Under the pieces are notes generated by a model that searched no databases, was not told the origin of the DNA, and was given only the letters and a program-made list of their open reading frames with translations. From positions 14,184 to 78,183 of the forward strand of contig JAFCDO010000004.1 in assembly GCA_017609605.1 (NCBI GenBank): a stretch of 64,000 nt of DNA. The letters are read 5' to 3'. Of this stretch, positions 17,286-25,735 are shown in pieces. A program made the translations under genes and the position numbers. Every line of letters starts with the position of its first letter. Position 1 is the first letter of the stretch. The stretch is from Candidatus Parvarchaeota archaeon. GTDB taxonomy: Archaea > Nanobdellota > Nanobdellia > JAAOXT01.

Positions 17286-17404
17286 ATATGAAAACATCCT
17301 CCATTTCCTTTGAAAGCCTCGAACTTTTGTGCCAAGAGCTCATTAACAAACACACAGTTAAGTTAAACCACTAAAAGCGCCATATTCAAAGAAAATGGGG
17401 TTGT

Positions 17405-17550
17405 TATGCACTTATTTAACTTAATAAAACTTGTTTTACTGATTAAATTCGTTTTTAATGTTTATTTATTATTTATTATTTATTTACTATATTGTAAATA
17501 AATATATAATATATATAATATAATATATATAATATAAATTATATTATAAG
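17405..17550. other. AT-rich candidate DNA unwinding element of the replication origin
   Basis: ~145 bp composed almost entirely of A/T (TTTATTTATTATTTATTATTTATTTAC...ATATATAATATATATAATATAAT...), centred between the inverted ORB clusters. Confidence 0.65.
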
Positions 17551-17555
17551 CATTT

Positions 17556-17704
17556 TTCCATGGGAAACAGGGGAGTATGGTTCTATTTCTTGCAAAAGGA
17601 GTGTTTACTTCTTCATTGGAAATAAAGGGGTGTGTTTTGGACCCTGTTCTTGTTTTAGGTATGGAAAGAGTGTAATGAAATCTTCCATAGGAAGTTAAGG
17701 GGTG
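17556..17704 (+). repeat. Three ORB-like origin recognition boxes, right cluster (plus strand)
   Basis: TTCCATGGGAAACAGGGGAG (17556-17575), TTCATTGGAAATAAAGGGGTG (17612-17632), TTCCATAGGAAGTTAAGGGGTG (17683-17704). Degenerate half-sites GGAGTGT and GGAAAGAGTGT lie between them. Confidence 0.7.
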
Positions 17705-18207
17705 TGTGTGTCATATAGATTATTTTTGGCTTTTTTGAATAATGTTAGGTAATCTCTGCTCATCTTTTTGAACGTGCAAAATTGAATTAATGAATCTATT
17801 TTATTAAGAATTTTTTGTTTTTCAATGTCTGATATTTTTCTTTTGATCTTTTTTTCTATAATTTTTAATTCTTTTTCCATGACTTTTGTCCAATCAAATT
17901 CCATTTCTCTTTTTTCCATTTCCGGAATTTTTTCGGAGACGCGAATTGCTTGTGGGCCCAATGTGTAGTATGTTCTTTCTGTTTGGTCTCCCCAAGTGTA
18001 GTTACCTAGTTCTTTTCTTACTTTTACTAGTTGCACTTCTCCTGTTTTAACGCCTTGTTTTAGGTGATAATATATTGATTTCATGCTGACTTGTCCGAAA
18101 ACGTTTTTGTATATATGGTATATTTCGTAGCCGTAGGAGAATCCTTTTCTGTGCAGTATCTGACAAATCCGGTTTCGTATGATTGATCCTTTTGGCCGGC
18201 CCCTCAT
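17695..18207 (-). CDS. Winged-helix transcription regulator, PadR-like, with coiled-coil C-terminus
   Basis: Pattern GYEIYHIY...SIYYHLKQGVKTGEV...YYTL resembles the PadR wHTH. Start set at MRGRPKG (ATG 18207), which has a TATA ~38 nt upstream. Confidence 0.5.
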   Translation of the reverse strand: MRGRPKGSIIRNRICQILHRKGFSYGYEIYHIYKNVFGQVSMKSIYYHLKQGVKTGEVQLVKVRKELGNYTWGDQTERTYYTLGPQAIRVSEKIPEMEKREMEFDWTKVMEKELKIIEKKIKRKISDIEKQKILNKIDSLIQFCTFKKMSRDYLTLFKKAKNNLYDTHTP

Positions 18208-18240
18208 TTTATTACAATATTGTAAATTTCTGTTTGTGAA

Positions 18241-18250
18241 ATATATAAAT
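18241..18250. promoter_or_regulatory. Single TATA box shared by divergent genes
   Basis: ATATATAAAT is centred 38.5 nt from ATG 18207 (minus strand) and 39.5 nt from ATG 18285 (plus strand). Confidence 0.4.
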
Positions 18251-18284
18251 CTTTTAATATCCATTCTTTTGTTTTGTTATATTC

Positions 18285-19283
18285 ATGATATCTTTATCAG
18301 TGGACACAATTGTTGCTAAAATTGTTGAGGCATCCAAGCTTGATGAAAAAGTGGTTAGGGATAAGATTGTTGAGAAGAAAGCTGAGTTGTCTGGTCTTGT
18401 TTCTGATATAGGAGCAGCTCACATTGTCGCTAATAAATTGGGAGTCAATCTTATTCAACGTAGCGAGGGAGGCAGGATATTGATTAAGGATTTGGTTCCT
18501 GGTTTGAGGAACGTGGTGTTGCTGGGGCGCGTTTTGAATGTGAGTAAACCTGTGGTTTTTGATAGGAAGGATGGTAAGGGTAAGGTGAAGGTGGGTAACG
18601 TTTTTTTGCAGGATGAGAGTGGGAAGACAAGGGTTGTTTTTTGGAACGAGCAGACCACCGTTTTGGAGGATGGCACGATTAAGGAAGGTAAGGTCGTAAA
18701 GTTTTTTTATGGTTATGTCAAGCAAGGCAGGAATGATTATCCTGAGGTTCATTTGGGTGGAAGCTCTAAGTTTTTGATTGATCCTAAAAGCGATCCTGAT
18801 TACAGTAAGATTCCTGTTTCGAGTGGTTTTAATGGTCCTCAGAAGAGGTCTAAGATTTCTGAGTTGGAGGAAGGAAGATTTGAAGTGTTGGGAACTATTG
18901 TTAGCGTTTTTGAACCAAGATTTTATGATTCCTGTCCAGAGTGCAATTCTAAGGTCGTTGAAGGAGCGTGTTCTAAGCACGGGAACGTTGTTTCGAAGAG
19001 TAGTGGTTTTATGAGTGTTGTTTTGGATGATGGTTCCGGAACGATTAGGTGCACTTTTTTCAGGGATGTTGCTGAGAGTTTATTAGGGGAGAAGTTTGAG
19101 GTTTTGAAAAGTTCTCCTGATTCGTTTGAGAAAATTAAGGATTCTTTGCTCGGCTCTCAGATAATGGTTCTTGGAAGGATTAAGAATAATGAGCGGTTCG
19201 GCAATTTGGATATGGTGGCGTCATCAGTGGATAAGAATGTTGACTTTGCTGACGAGGCGAAAAAAGTTTTAGAATCTTCTTAA
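18285..19283 (+). CDS. Replication protein A-like ssDNA-binding protein (OB folds + zinc ribbon)
   Basis: 332 aa. N-terminus typical of archaeal RPA/RFA (IVAKIVE...LSGLVSDIGAAHIVANKLGV). OB-fold segments. CPECNSKVVEGACSKHG zinc motif. Confidence 0.8.
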   Translation: MISLSVDTIVAKIVEASKLDEKVVRDKIVEKKAELSGLVSDIGAAHIVANKLGVNLIQRSEGGRILIKDLVPGLRNVVLLGRVLNVSKPVVFDRKDGKGKVKVGNVFLQDESGKTRVVFWNEQTTVLEDGTIKEGKVVKFFYGYVKQGRNDYPEVHLGGSSKFLIDPKSDPDYSKIPVSSGFNGPQKRSKISELEEGRFEVLGTIVSVFEPRFYDSCPECNSKVVEGACSKHGNVVSKSSGFMSVVLDDGSGTIRCTFFRDVAESLLGEKFEVLKSSPDSFEKIKDSLLGSQIMVLGRIKNNERFGNLDMVASSVDKNVDFADEAKKVLESS

Positions 19284-19678
19284 GTTTTTTTCACAACAAC
19301 TATTTTTTTTCCAAATTCTCCTAAGTCCATGAATACAATTTGGCTTCCTTCTGAGACTCTTGTTTTAAACTCGTCAGGGATTTCTATTTCGAACACTTCG
19401 AAGGACTCGCTGTTCATTATTTGAGCATTGTTTTCTGTTATGCTTAGCACTTGTCCGTTCTTTTTTTCTATTATTGGAGATTCCACTCTTTTTCCGCCGG
19501 CGATTACTATGACTCTTTTGTTTTTGCTGATGATTCCAACGCCGGTTATCCTGAATTTTGCGTGGCCGTGCTTGCCTGGTGCTGAACGGTTTATTTCAGT
19601 TATTTGGCAGGGTTGATCTTCTATCATTATGTAACTGCCTTTTTTTAGTCCGTGAACGTCTGCTTGTTTTATCTCCAT
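19280..19678 (-). CDS. Translation initiation factor aIF5A
   Basis: 132 aa with the hypusination loop SAPGKHGHAKFRI. Confidence 0.9.
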   Translation of the reverse strand: MEIKQADVHGLKKGSYIMIEDQPCQITEINRSAPGKHGHAKFRITGVGIISKNKRVIVIAGGKRVESPIIEKKNGQVLSITENNAQIMNSESFEVFEIEIPDEFKTRVSEGSQIVFMDLGEFGKKIVVVKKT

Positions 19679-19685
19679 TATTTTT

Positions 19686-19904
19686 TTATCCTTTGCTGGC
19701 GAGTTTTATGTCTTTTGATTTGATTGTTTTTCTTCCCGCGTGTTTTGCTAATTGATTTGCTTTTTTTCCGATTTCTTCTCCACGTCTTTCCAGTTCTTCT
19801 CTTAGCGTTTTTTTCGCTGGTTCTGACACTCTGGTCGCGCCAGCGTGTCTTAAAATTTTGTCGATAGATGAAATGGATATGAAACCTTCTTTTCTTTTTG
19901 CCAT
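19686..19904 (-). CDS. Archaeal histone (HMf-type histone fold)
   Basis: 72 aa: ...IDKILRHAGATRVSEPAKKTLREELE...AKHAGRKTIKSKDIKLA. Confidence 0.85.
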   Translation of the reverse strand: MAKRKEGFISISSIDKILRHAGATRVSEPAKKTLREELERRGEEIGKKANQLAKHAGRKTIKSKDIKLASKG

Positions 19905-19952
19905 TTAGTCAAGCACGTTTTTCTTTTTGTTCTGAGAATTATTTAAATCTTA

Positions 19953-21035
19953 TTATTCCAAGCGATACCTGAGTATTGCTCCGAACCCGCTTAGTTCTTC
20001 GAATTGAGTTCCTTCTTTTGTTTCTGTTGAGATTATTTTGATGGTCGTCCCGTATTTTTTGGCTTCTTCGATGACGTGGTCTATTTTTTTGTCGTCCACT
20101 GATTCGCTTATAAGAATTTTTTCGGCCGACCCTTTTTTTATTGCTTCCATGACATCGTTTTCACCGTAGGCGACTATGGGGGAGTCTTGGGCTAGGAGTT
20201 CCATGAATTTTTTTACTTCTTCTTTTTCTTGTATTATACTCTCTTGCTCCAGCACTTCTTTTGATCTTTCCACTAGTTCGTTGAGCCCTGAAATGTTTGT
20301 GTTTGCCAAGTCTTTTGTGGCTATCACTTTCTGTTTTAGGGGGCCCAGGTATCCGTCTGCGAGTTCTTCTTTTGATGCTCCTGGTCCGCCGAGCAGGATT
20401 CCAGCGATTTCTTTATTGTCTAGTGATGTTCGAAGTGTTGCGGCCACTTCTTTGTAGAACTCTTTTTTCAGGCCTTCTCTTACTCGTTGAAATCTTTGAG
20501 CGCTCTGACCCCCGGCACGGAACTTCCCGAAGACGTGTGAATCAATTTCTTTTAAGATTTCAATACTTTTTCCTTTGAGGAGTCCGATAACTGCTTCTCG
20601 CGTGTCCATGACTACTAGTCCATAAACTTTTTTGACTTCCAGCAAGTCTTTGAATGGTTCTGTGACAAATTTTTGGTCGCACCTATAGATTCTAATGTTT
20701 AATGGAGTGGGGGGTTGTATGACTTCTAATACCCATTCTTCTTCTCCTGGTTTTTCGCTGACGTTTCCGCAGAAGATTGCCATCCCGTTAGGAAGAGTTT
20801 TTTTGTATTTTTTGAGTTCTTGGAGCATTTTGGTTAGCGCGTTCATCACGTTTTTTCGCGTGCTCTTGGATTTTATGTTGACAGCAGTCCCGTATTCTTG
20901 GTTTAGTTGGGTGATGACTAGGTTGAGGTTGTAGTCTTTTGGCACGTAAACGCTTACGAGTTCTGTGTGCCGTCCCCTAACTTTTTCCAAGTATTTTAGT
21001 AATTTTTTCAGTTTGTAAGATTGATCTTGTTCCAT
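19953..21035 (-). CDS. Peptide chain release factor aRF1
   Basis: NIKS motif (AVNIKSKS) and GGQ motif (RAGGQSAQRF). 360 aa, somewhat short for the family. Confidence 0.9.
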   Translation of the reverse strand: MEQDQSYKLKKLLKYLEKVRGRHTELVSVYVPKDYNLNLVITQLNQEYGTAVNIKSKSTRKNVMNALTKMLQELKKYKKTLPNGMAIFCGNVSEKPGEEEWVLEVIQPPTPLNIRIYRCDQKFVTEPFKDLLEVKKVYGLVVMDTREAVIGLLKGKSIEILKEIDSHVFGKFRAGGQSAQRFQRVREGLKKEFYKEVAATLRTSLDNKEIAGILLGGPGASKEELADGYLGPLKQKVIATKDLANTNISGLNELVERSKEVLEQESIIQEKEEVKKFMELLAQDSPIVAYGENDVMEAIKKGSAEKILISESVDDKKIDHVIEEAKKYGTTIKIISTETKEGTQFEELSGFGAILRYRLE

Positions 21036-21092
21036 TCTGACTTAAAATCAGGAGTTGGTCTGTCTTTATAATTCCTATGGTAAAATCGTTTC

Positions 21093-22280
21093 TTAAAACA
21101 GTTCTATTTTTCCTTGCACGACTTGTAGGGTTATTTCTTGAATATTGTTTAAATCGTGGTCAACTATTCTTTTGGCTTGTTTTTCCATGCTTGAAGTGAG
21201 CTCTTTTTCGGGTATTATTTGCACTGAAGCCATTTTTGGGTGGTCAATTCTTTGACCAATCTCTGATAGCAGGCGCACGTAAACCTCTTTTATTCCTTCA
21301 ACTTCTTCACTGATTTTTTCAGCTATTTTTTGGGATAGAATGTTGTAGATTTTTCCGACGTGGTTAACAGGGTTTTTTCCGGCAACTGCTTCCAGGCTTG
21401 AAGGTCTGTTGAATGGAATGAGTCCCATTACGCGGTTTCCTCTGCCAACCGCGCCGTCGTCTCCCATTTCCATGCTTGTGCCGGTCACTGTTAAATACAG
21501 GCTTGCTTTTCCTCCTTCGGGCCTGTCAGCAGAATTTAAGTTTATCGAGAACTTTTTGGTTGTGTGTCTTTGGAGGAAGGATTCTAGTTCTTCTTTTACT
21601 GCTTGTTTTTTGTCTTTGTAGTCTTGCACTGAGTCTATGAATTTGTCTACCATTGCCATGGCGACAGTGATTGTCAAAAAGTCTTTTTCTCTGAGAGTCA
21701 TAACTTTAATGTCTTCGCCTGAACACGGGTGTTTTCTTTTGAATTTAGGGTGGTTCAGCCATTTTTCAAGTTTTAAAGTGAGGTTTTCTGCTTCTGTTAG
21801 TGGGGCGAAGCCCAGTCCAATAGATGTGTCATTAGCGCCCATGATTTCATCTCTTCTGTGGTAGAGGTCTTTGAGGTCTGAAGAACCGCTTTTGGTTTCT
21901 ACTTGGTAGTTGAACATGTCTGGTTTCAGGAACCTGAAATTTTCTTTAATCCATTGCTTTGCTGATTGGACAGCGATTTCTTGAACAGGGACTTCGTTGC
22001 TGGCTCTTCCGCTGAAGAAAACCAGCATTTTTTTGTCAATGGTTCCGCCCCTGAATTCAGGGGTGGTGTGACCTCCAACAATGTCTAGTTTGTCTACGTT
22101 ATGATGGAGGATTGTTCCGAATTGCTTGAGGTATTCTTTACAAAGAGCTATTGAGAATCGCTCTGCAAGAGAGTCGGCAATGAAATCGGGGTGTCCAAGA
22201 CCTTTTCTTTCAATGATTTCAACACTTTGTTCTGCAACGGGTTGTTTTCGAGAATGTTCGATAAAAATTTTTTTATTCAT
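21093..22280 (-). CDS. Archaeal-type S-adenosylmethionine synthetase
   Basis: 395 aa. N-terminal [18 protein letters not shown] block typical of archaeal MAT. Confidence 0.85.
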   Translation of the reverse strand: MNKKIFIEHSRKQPVAEQSVEIIERKGLGHPDFIADSLAERFSIALCKEYLKQFGTILHHNVDKLDIVGGHTTPEFRGGTIDKKMLVFFSGRASNEVPVQEIAVQSAKQWIKENFRFLKPDMFNYQVETKSGSSDLKDLYHRRDEIMGANDTSIGLGFAPLTEAENLTLKLEKWLNHPKFKRKHPCSGEDIKVMTLREKDFLTITVAMAMVDKFIDSVQDYKDKKQAVKEELESFLQRHTTKKFSINLNSADRPEGGKASLYLTVTGTSMEMGDDGAVGRGNRVMGLIPFNRPSSLEAVAGKNPVNHVGKIYNILSQKIAEKISEEVEGIKEVYVRLLSEIGQRIDHPKMASVQIIPEKELTSSMEKQAKRIVDHDLNNIQEITLQVVQGKIELF

Positions 22281-22333
22281 AAAACTTAAGATTAACCAAA
22301 AATTTATATATACTTTTTCATATTGAATAGGCC

Positions 22334-22846
22334 ATGGTTATAACTGGCAGTTATATTAGGGATTTGAGAAAAAAGTTTGGTTTGAGCCAGGACGCTCTTG
22401 CTAAGCTCTCTAACATTTCTCAAGCGCACATAGCTAAAATTGAGGGGGGTAAAGTTGACCCGCGGCTCTCAACGTTTAATTCTCTTTTGATAGCCCTTAA
22501 TTTAAAGAAGGTTTTGTGCGAGGATGTGATGACTAAGAATATAATTCATATTGGTTCAGAGAAGTCTTTGAGGGATGCAGCGGTTTTGATGAGGGAGCAT
22601 AACGTTTCTCAACTTCCTGTTATAGAGCGGGGCGTTCTTTTGGGGTTGATAACTGAGGAGGATATTCTTCGGTCAGAAGGAGATTTGGTTGGGAATTGTA
22701 TGGGTCCTGCGTCCCCTCAGGTTAGTCCTATGACAAGTGTTTTTGATGTTAAACCTTTGCTGGACGTTTTTCCGTGCGTTATTGTTTTGGATAAGTGTAA
22801 AAGGGTTGGGATTATTGCTCGTTCTGACTTGTTGTGCTTGAAATAA
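22334..22846 (+). CDS. XRE-type HTH regulator fused to a CBS domain
   Basis: LRKKFGLSQDALAKLSNISQAHIAKIEGG (HTH_3) followed by a CBS module (VMT...REHNVSQLPVIE...LITEEDILR). TATA AAATTTATATA lies 34 nt upstream. Confidence 0.7.
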   Translation: MVITGSYIRDLRKKFGLSQDALAKLSNISQAHIAKIEGGKVDPRLSTFNSLLIALNLKKVLCEDVMTKNIIHIGSEKSLRDAAVLMREHNVSQLPVIERGVLLGLITEEDILRSEGDLVGNCMGPASPQVSPMTSVFDVKPLLDVFPCVIVLDKCKRVGIIARSDLLCLK

Positions 22847-22891
22847 ATAACTTTTTAAGTTCGTTTTTGTGAAGTAAGTTCACAGAAACAG

Positions 22892-22924
22892 GAATTACGT
22901 TTCGCGTAATTCAAACCGTTTTTT
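22892..22924 (+). terminator. Hairpin plus T-run downstream of the HTH-CBS gene
   Basis: GAATTACG-tttcg-CGTAATTC perfect 8-bp stem (22892-22912) followed by the T-run 22919-22924. A second hairpin, TGTGAA-gtaag-TTCACA, lies at 22868-22884. Confidence 0.3.
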
Positions 22925-22998
22925 GGGCCTGTAGCTTAGTCTGGTGGAGCGCACGGCTGATAACCGTGAGGTCTCGTGTTCGAATCACGACAGGCCCA
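22925..22998 (+). tRNA. tRNA-Ile (anticodon GAU)
   Basis: Acceptor GGGCCTG/CAGGCCC. Anticodon stem CACGG/CCGTG with loop CTGATAA. T-arm TCGTG-TTCGAAT-CACGA. No encoded CCA. Confidence 0.9.
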
Positions 22999-23036
22999 TT
23001 CCTAAATCAAAACTTGTTTTTTTTTCGTGAATTCTT

Positions 23037-23378
23037 CTAGGATACTTGGGTTCCTTCTTCTGCGTGCTGGCTTGTCGTGATTAAAGTTATTTTCTCGTTT
23101 TCTCCAGTTCCTTCAACCGCTGCGAGCAGCATTCCATGACTTTCCACTCCCCTGAGCATTTTTGGCTCCAGATTCGTGAGAATCACCACTTGTTTTCCTT
23201 GCAAGTCATCTTTTTTGAGTTGAGGTTTTAACCCTGAAACAATCTTTCTTTCTTCGTTACCCAAGTCCACGTGTATCACGAATAGTTTGTCAGCGTCAGG
23301 ATGGTCTTCTACTTTGAAAATCGTTCCTACGCGTAAATCCAGTTTTTTGAAATCGTTGTAACTAATTTTTTCGCTCAT
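23037..23378 (-). CDS. Stand-alone tRNA-binding domain protein (Trbp111/CsaA-like; MetRS beta-subunit type)
   Basis: 113 aa: DLRVGTIFKVEDHPDADKLFVIHVDLG...ILTNLEPKMLRGVESHGMLLA. Its ATG lies 1 nt after the metG stop, in a different frame. Confidence 0.8.
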   Translation of the reverse strand: MSEKISYNDFKKLDLRVGTIFKVEDHPDADKLFVIHVDLGNEERKIVSGLKPQLKKDDLQGKQVVILTNLEPKMLRGVESHGMLLAAVEGTGENEKITLITTSQHAEEGTQVS

Positions 23379-23379
23379 T

Positions 23380-24987
23380 TTACTTTATCACCTTTTTGAT
23401 TTGTTCGCACTCTATTTTTTTGAAAGCAGGAGTCGTTTTGCCTATTCTCCACGTCTTGTTGAACTGGTTGGCTTGCTTCCAGTCTATTTTTGTTTTCATC
23501 TCTTTGCTTAGTTTTTTCATTGCAAAAGGGGTGAAAGGGAACATTAGTGAGCACAAATTTTTGCAAGCGTTGGCGCAAACACTCAGTATTTGACCAGCTT
23601 TTTTCTTGTCATTTTTTATGAGTTTCCACGGTTCGTTGTCTTGGAAGTACTTGTTGGCCATTCCGGATAACTTGAGCACGCCTTCCAAACCTTTTTTGAG
23701 TTCAACACGTTCCATGTGCCCAGTTACTTTTCGGTATTCTTGTTTCCATTTTTTGACGAAGTCTCCAGGTCCTTTGGATGAAGGTACTTGACCGTCAAAG
23801 TATTTGTTTATGAAATAGGTTGTTCTGTAAAGGAAGTTGCCAACGTTTCCTATTAGGTCGCTGTTAACTCTGCTCATAAAGTCTTTCCAATTCCAGTTCC
23901 CGTCAGTGTTAGCGTTCGGAGTTATTAACGTCATGTAGAAGCGAAGGTGGTCTGGATCGAATTTTTGCAGGTATTCTTTAAGACTTACGTAGTTGCCCCT
24001 GCTTTTCGAGAATTTTTGTCCCTCCAGGTTTAGGAATCCTCTTGCAGGCATTTTTGTTGGAAGCGTAAGGTCTCCTGCTCCCATGAGCATTGCAGGCCAG
24101 AAAAGGTAATGATGGTAGATTATGTCTTTGCCTATGAAATGAACTATCTTTGTTTCTTTGCCCCACCATTTTTTCCAATCTTCTTTGTTTTCTTTAGCCC
24201 ATTTTTTCGTGCTGCTAATGTATCCGATTGGCGCGTCGAACCACACGTAAAACACTTGGTTTGAGCCAGGTATTTTAAAACCCCATTTCAGGTTTCTGCT
24301 CATGTCCCAGTCGATCAGTCCTTCTTTTATCCAGTTTTTAACGTAGCCAACAATGTCTTGTTGTAATTCCTTGTTTTTTTTGAACCACGCAGAAATCTTT
24401 TTTGAGAACGCGCTTAATTTAAAGAAGTAGTGTTCGGACTCTCGGAGAACTGGTTCTTTTTTGCAAAGAGTGCACCGAGGCTTTATGAGGTCCCCAACTT
24501 TCAATGATTTGCCGCATTTTTCGCATTGATCAGAGTACTGATTTTCCGCTCCGCAAGAAGGGCATTTACCTTTTACGTACCTGTCCGCCAAATATTTTTT
24601 GTCGTGCTCGCAGTAATATTCCTTTACCTCTTTTTGGTATATGTACCCGTTTTCCCGTAATTTTTCGAATAATTGAATGGTTGCTTCCTTATTTTCCGGA
24701 GAATGAGTCCTGTGGAAAACGTCGAAATCCAGTCCCAGCGCCCTGAACTCTTTTTCGTCCCTGTCATGCCAATAGCGTGTGTACTCTTCTGGTTTTCTGC
24801 CTTCTTGCTCAGCTTTTATGAGAGCTGGGGTTCCGTGGTCGTCGGTAGCGCAAACGTAAATAGCTTTTTTTCCTGAGGATTTCAGGTATCTGGTGTAAAC
24901 ATCTGCAGGAAGGTAAGTGCTTCTGAGGTGGCCTAAGTGAATCTCTCCGTTTGAGTAAATGAGTGCAGCGGTTACAAGGGTTCTCAT
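23380..24987 (-). CDS. metG: Methionyl-tRNA synthetase (catalytic and anticodon-binding core)
   Basis: HIGH-type motif NGEIHLGHL, KMSKS-type motif KFSKSRGN, zinc knuckles CPSCGAEN...CEKCG. Confidence 0.9.
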   Translation of the reverse strand: MRTLVTAALIYSNGEIHLGHLRSTYLPADVYTRYLKSSGKKAIYVCATDDHGTPALIKAEQEGRKPEEYTRYWHDRDEKEFRALGLDFDVFHRTHSPENKEATIQLFEKLRENGYIYQKEVKEYYCEHDKKYLADRYVKGKCPSCGAENQYSDQCEKCGKSLKVGDLIKPRCTLCKKEPVLRESEHYFFKLSAFSKKISAWFKKNKELQQDIVGYVKNWIKEGLIDWDMSRNLKWGFKIPGSNQVFYVWFDAPIGYISSTKKWAKENKEDWKKWWGKETKIVHFIGKDIIYHHYLFWPAMLMGAGDLTLPTKMPARGFLNLEGQKFSKSRGNYVSLKEYLQKFDPDHLRFYMTLITPNANTDGNWNWKDFMSRVNSDLIGNVGNFLYRTTYFINKYFDGQVPSSKGPGDFVKKWKQEYRKVTGHMERVELKKGLEGVLKLSGMANKYFQDNEPWKLIKNDKKKAGQILSVCANACKNLCSLMFPFTPFAMKKLSKEMKTKIDWKQANQFNKTWRIGKTTPAFKKIECEQIKKVIK

Positions 24988-25126
24988 GAAGAAGACTTCA
25001 GTAAGCGTTCTTTTTTAACTTTTTGTGAAAAAACCTTCTTTTTAGCAACATTTATAAAAGGATTTAGTCACTAACTTTTGAAGGTTCTAGAATACTGGTG
25101 TATTAGAAAGGGCGTAATTATTTTTA

Positions 25127-25717
25127 ATGGAATCAAAAAAGGGAACGACAACTATAGGTGTCGTGTATAAAGATGGAATTATCCTAGTCGCGGATAGAAG
25201 GGTCACTGCAGGTAATCTTGTGGCGCACAAATCTTTCAAGAAGTTATACATGATTACTGATAACATCGCTGTAAGCGTGGCGGGAATGGTTTCAGACAAC
25301 CAGATGCTCATAAAATATTTGAAGTCCGCGATGAAAAAGTACGAGATTGAACGTGACAGGGAACCATCTGTTAAAGCTTGCTCAACTTATTTGTCCCACT
25401 TACTTTATGGTAATAGGTTCTCATTCCCTTTCCAAGCGAGAATCCTTATCGGAGGATACGATTCTAACGGTCCCTGCCTTTATTCTCTTGGAGGAGACGG
25501 GTCAAGAATAGATGATGATTACATTTCAACAGGTTCCGGTTCTCCAGTAGCTTACGGTGTTTTGGAGAGTTCTTACAGGAAAAACATGTCTGTTGAACAA
25601 GCGAGAGAACTCGCAATGAATTCCTTAAAAGCTGCGATGGAAAGAGATGCTTTCACGGGGGAAGGAATAGATTTGATGACGATAACAGTTAAGGGAATTA
25701 AATACGAGAGAGTTTAA
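25127..25717 (+). CDS. psmB: Proteasome beta subunit
   Basis: Short propeptide MESKKG followed by the catalytic Thr block TTTIGVVYKDGIILVAD. Confidence 0.9.
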   Translation: MESKKGTTTIGVVYKDGIILVADRRVTAGNLVAHKSFKKLYMITDNIAVSVAGMVSDNQMLIKYLKSAMKKYEIERDREPSVKACSTYLSHLLYGNRFSFPFQARILIGGYDSNGPCLYSLGGDGSRIDDDYISTGSGSPVAYGVLESSYRKNMSVEQARELAMNSLKAAMERDAFTGEGIDLMTITVKGIKYERV

Positions 25718-25735
25718 AATCAGGGAAAAAAAAAG

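Noticed and set aside
17126-17353. 75-aa minus-strand ORF in the cdc6 upstream region
   Set aside because: It overlaps the ORB repeats and the cdc6 promoter and 5' end. It has no motif or promoter of its own. It is judged non-coding.
17405-17550. AT-rich repetitive tract as a CRISPR array, microsatellite locus or IS end
   Set aside because: There is no regular repeat-spacer periodicity and there are no cas or transposase genes. Its position between inverted ORB-like boxes next to cdc6 fits a DNA unwinding element much better.
18297-18980. 227-aa antisense ORF inside the RPA gene, and similar long antisense or alternative-frame ORFs (877-1248, 28896-29387, 52650-53189, 56438-56887, 60089-60487, and several within 32369-36712)
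   Set aside because: All lie within genes that have strong homology-type motifs on the other strand or frame. They have low-complexity or biased composition and no promoter or RBS spacing. They are typical shadow ORFs.
22868-22912. Two short perfect hairpins upstream of tRNA-Ile as a small regulatory RNA
   Set aside because: They sit immediately after a gene and are followed by a T-run, so a terminator or processing signal is the simpler reading. No further conservation evidence is available.
23376-23382. metG / tRNA-binding-domain junction as a pseudogenising frameshift
   Set aside because: Both parts are full-length with their own start and stop codons. Stand-alone Trbp111-type partners are known. 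Without read data this is treated as a genuine split gene, and it is flagged in the findings for checking.
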